Shown: positions 61,985 to 64,000 of the stretch, piece after piece
Layout: the number at the start of each line of letters is the position of its first letter
How positions within the stretch are numbered: position 1 is the stretch's first letter
From: a virus
Virus record (IMG/VR): IMGVR_UViG_3300022890_000011
Coordinates: 64,001 to 128,000 of that record
Strand: one strand, 5' to 3'
DNA: 64,000 nt
Notes under the pieces: model-generated
The model's input: the letters and a program-made list of their open reading frames with translations, nothing else
The model's database searches: none
Told to the model about the DNA's origin: nothing
Position numbers and translations under genes: made by a program

Positions 61985-63324
61985 AAAACACACAAGTCTT
62001 TAAATTGTATGATATAAGCGTTTTCAAAATGGCAAAAAGCCATTATATTTTATTTATATATATTATTATAAATAAAGTTGTATAAAATGAAAAAATGTTA
62101 TTCTATAAGATTATTTCCTACAAATAAACAGATAAATCAATTAACTGAATTGTCTGTTATAAGAAAAGATATATGGAATAAACTTTTAGAAATTGAACAA
62201 AACGAATACAAAACCAATAAATTAATTCTAAATAAATTTGACCTAAATAATTTGTTACCTAAATTAAAAGAAAAATACCCAGAATGGAAAAAATTAAACT
62301 CAAAAGCAATACAAACAATTGCAACTGAATTATATGGCTCTTATAGATCATTTTTTAATTTAATAAAAAAAGATAAAAATGCAAGACCACCAAGAGAAAT
62401 ATCAATTGAAGATTATCATACAATTGCCTGGAATCAATCTGGTTGGATGATTAAAGAAAATAATAAAATTATAATCAATAAAATACCATTCAATTATAAA
62501 TCAAAAATAGATATAAAAGAATTAAATATAAAAGAAATAAGAGTTAAATATGTTAGAAATAAATGGTTGTGTGATTTAATTGTCGAAGAACCAATAAAAT
62601 ATGAAGACAAATTAAATATAAAAACAAGAGTTTTAGCAGTTGATTTAGGTTTAATTAAATTGGGAACAGGTGTTAGTAATGATGGTGAAGTCGTTGTTTT
62701 AAAAAATAAATCAAAGAAAATAAATGATTACTATCAAAAACAAATAGCAAAAATACAAAACAAGAGAAGTAAAACGAAAAAAGAATCAAATAGGAATAAA
62801 AAGTTAAGAAAAGTGTTAAATAAATGTTATCACAAAAAGAATCAACAAATAAAACAAACTCTACATATTCAGAGTAAAAAGTTATCGAATATGAATTACA
62901 ATACAATTGTAATTGGTGATCTGACAGTTAAAAAATTAATGTCTAAAGAAGGCGTAAATAAAAAGAAGAAGGGAATTAGAAAATCATTTCATAAGTCTAA
63001 TATCACTATGTTTCTTCAATTTCTTGGATATAAATGTCAATCAAAAAATATCAATTTAACAAAAATTGATGAAAAATGGACAACACAATTAAATTGTTTA
63101 ACTGGAAAATTATTCAAGGAAAAAATAAAACTTGGAGACAGAAAAGTTAAACTATCAGACACTATAATAATAGACCGTGATTTAAATTCAGCCATAAATA
63201 TAATGAAAAGATGGTTTGGAAATCATATTGCTTCTATGAACGAGCCACTTGATTTTTCAAGTGTTATTAAAAAGAATAATCTTTTTAATGAAACATATTA
63301 GTCTTTAGCTAATGTGTAGTTCAT
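61985..63324 (+). mobile_element. Non-autonomous IS200/IS605-family element (TnpB only)
   Basis: Left hairpin CACACAA-GTCTTTAAA-TTGTATG (about 61989-62011); right end ACATATTAG-TCTTTAG-CTAATGTGT-AGTTCAT (63293-63324); no tnpA in the window. Confidence 0.8.
62078..63301 (+). CDS. tnpB: TnpB RNA-guided nuclease
   Basis: YSIRLFPT..Q HTH; RuvC-I AVDLG; IVIGDL; IDEKWTT; RuvC-III DRDLNSAINI. Confidence 0.9.
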   Translation: MYKMKKCYSIRLFPTNKQINQLTELSVIRKDIWNKLLEIEQNEYKTNKLILNKFDLNNLLPKLKEKYPEWKKLNSKAIQTIATELYGSYRSFFNLIKKDKNARPPREISIEDYHTIAWNQSGWMIKENNKIIINKIPFNYKSKIDIKELNIKEIRVKYVRNKWLCDLIVEEPIKYEDKLNIKTRVLAVDLGLIKLGTGVSNDGEVVVLKNKSKKINDYYQKQIAKIQNKRSKTKKESNRNKKLRKVLNKCYHKKNQQIKQTLHIQSKKLSNMNYNTIVIGDLTVKKLMSKEGVNKKKKGIRKSFHKSNITMFLQFLGYKCQSKNINLTKIDEKWTTQLNCLTGKLFKEKIKLGDRKVKLSDTIIIDRDLNSAINIMKRWFGNHIASMNEPLDFSSVIKKNNLFNETY

Positions 63325-63351
63325 CACAATTTAATAGTATAAGATTGATTA

Positions 63352-63874
63352 ATGTACACAGAATTAGTATTAAAAATAGAACTCATAAAATATATAGTGA
63401 ATAGAGAATATGATATTGAGAATGAATATCATAGGAGTTCACTTATATTAACATTAATAGATGATGTGTTACGGGGATTTATAAAAAATGTAGAAGATAT
63501 AGAAGTTTCAATTGATGAATGTAAAGATGGATATTAAAGAATTAGAAAAATTAATTAGACATGAAATAAGTTGGCTACGGTATTATGCTCTTCGTGAAAC
63601 TAGATATGCTTTAACAGAAGATTCTAATATTTATGAAGATTTGATTTCTATTGGATATACAAAAAGAGTGATTCCACTTGATAAAAGATGTTCAGCAGCT
63701 ACATTAACATCAGATAATAAAATTGAACATGGTATTGATTTAAGTGAATTAAGATATGATTATTCTTTGCGTGATGTAGAGAATAATAAATATACTCCTT
63801 TGGAAGTGTATTTAATTTTATTTCCAGAAAAGAAAAATTCTATAATAGAAGAAATTAAAAAGAGTAATAAATAG
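63352..63874 (+). CDS. Two hypothetical ORFs
   Basis: 63352..63537 and 63512..63874, overlapping and co-directional. Confidence 0.45.
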
Positions 63875-64000
63875 TATAAACAATTAAAATTAGTAAATAT
63901 GTCAAATGAAAGCAAAAATTTAAACAAAAAAAGAAGAATTAATAAAAAAATGGTTAAAAATATGGAAAAAGCTTTAACCAATTTTGGAATTAAAAAAGAT

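Noticed and set aside
1948-62906. Short antisense or nested ORFs in the track (e.g. 1948, 4831, 8985, 14238, 14641, 16066, 16373, 23542, 26410, 26950, 44366, 46538, 54022, 56079, 62673)
   Set aside because: They overlap well-supported genes or elements on the other strand or frame and have shadow-like composition.
1-64000. Stop-codon reassignment (TAG or TGA), as in some huge phages
   Set aside because: Long genes are intact in the standard code; clpC ends in TAG where its duplicated end has TAA; internal stops seen are mixed TGA/TAA and sporadic.
1-64000. Bacterial chromosome or eukaryotic giant virus origin
   Set aside because: Host-like genes are isolated among short coupled ORFs with phage hallmarks (gp46/47-like fusion, homing endonuclease, amidase, CTS-like tags); T9SS cargo, lipoproteins and amidase point to a bacterial host. 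Not formally excluded without the rest of the contig.

Overview
Very AT-rich, gene-dense 64-kb segment with no rRNA or housekeeping operons. It is best read as an accessory region of a very large T4-like (jumbo/mega) phage infecting a Bacteroidota host; this is inferred from gene content, since no terminase or full-length capsid gene is in the window. Recognisable genes: dnaJ; an operon with an ECF-type promoter encoding three T9SS type-B-CTD proteins (two of them large PKD/SprB adhesins); an amidase_3; an IpaH/YopM-type LRR protein; an Mre11-Rad50 (SbcD-SbcC) fusion; sixA; an AAA+/M41 protease; pyrG; an N-terminally truncated clpC; a NifX-like protein; a radical SAM enzyme; a GIY-YIG homing endonuclease; several RHH proteins; siaC; and an IS200/IS605-type TnpB element plus a second remnant. 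The most unusual signals: (i) eight proteins, with several unrelated body types, share an N-terminal MKIRxGFVSNSSSSS leader, and a radical SAM/SPASM-like enzyme lies in the same window; (ii) three more peptide tags are grafted onto dozens of unrelated ORFs (T4 capsid-targeting-like N-terminus, C-terminal RKxKLxR[VI], C-terminal KLGL[LM]); (iii) small ORFs appear to carry isolated motifs of T4-like portal, major capsid and prohead protease proteins (candidate decoys); (iv) single genes are repeatedly bracketed by 27-45 bp direct repeats; (v) a tRNA-like cloverleaf has an expanded anticodon loop; (vi) the TnpB has a Fanzor-like rearranged RuvC. Many accessory ORFs are broken by single lesions. 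All family calls come from motif recognition by eye; no database search was run.
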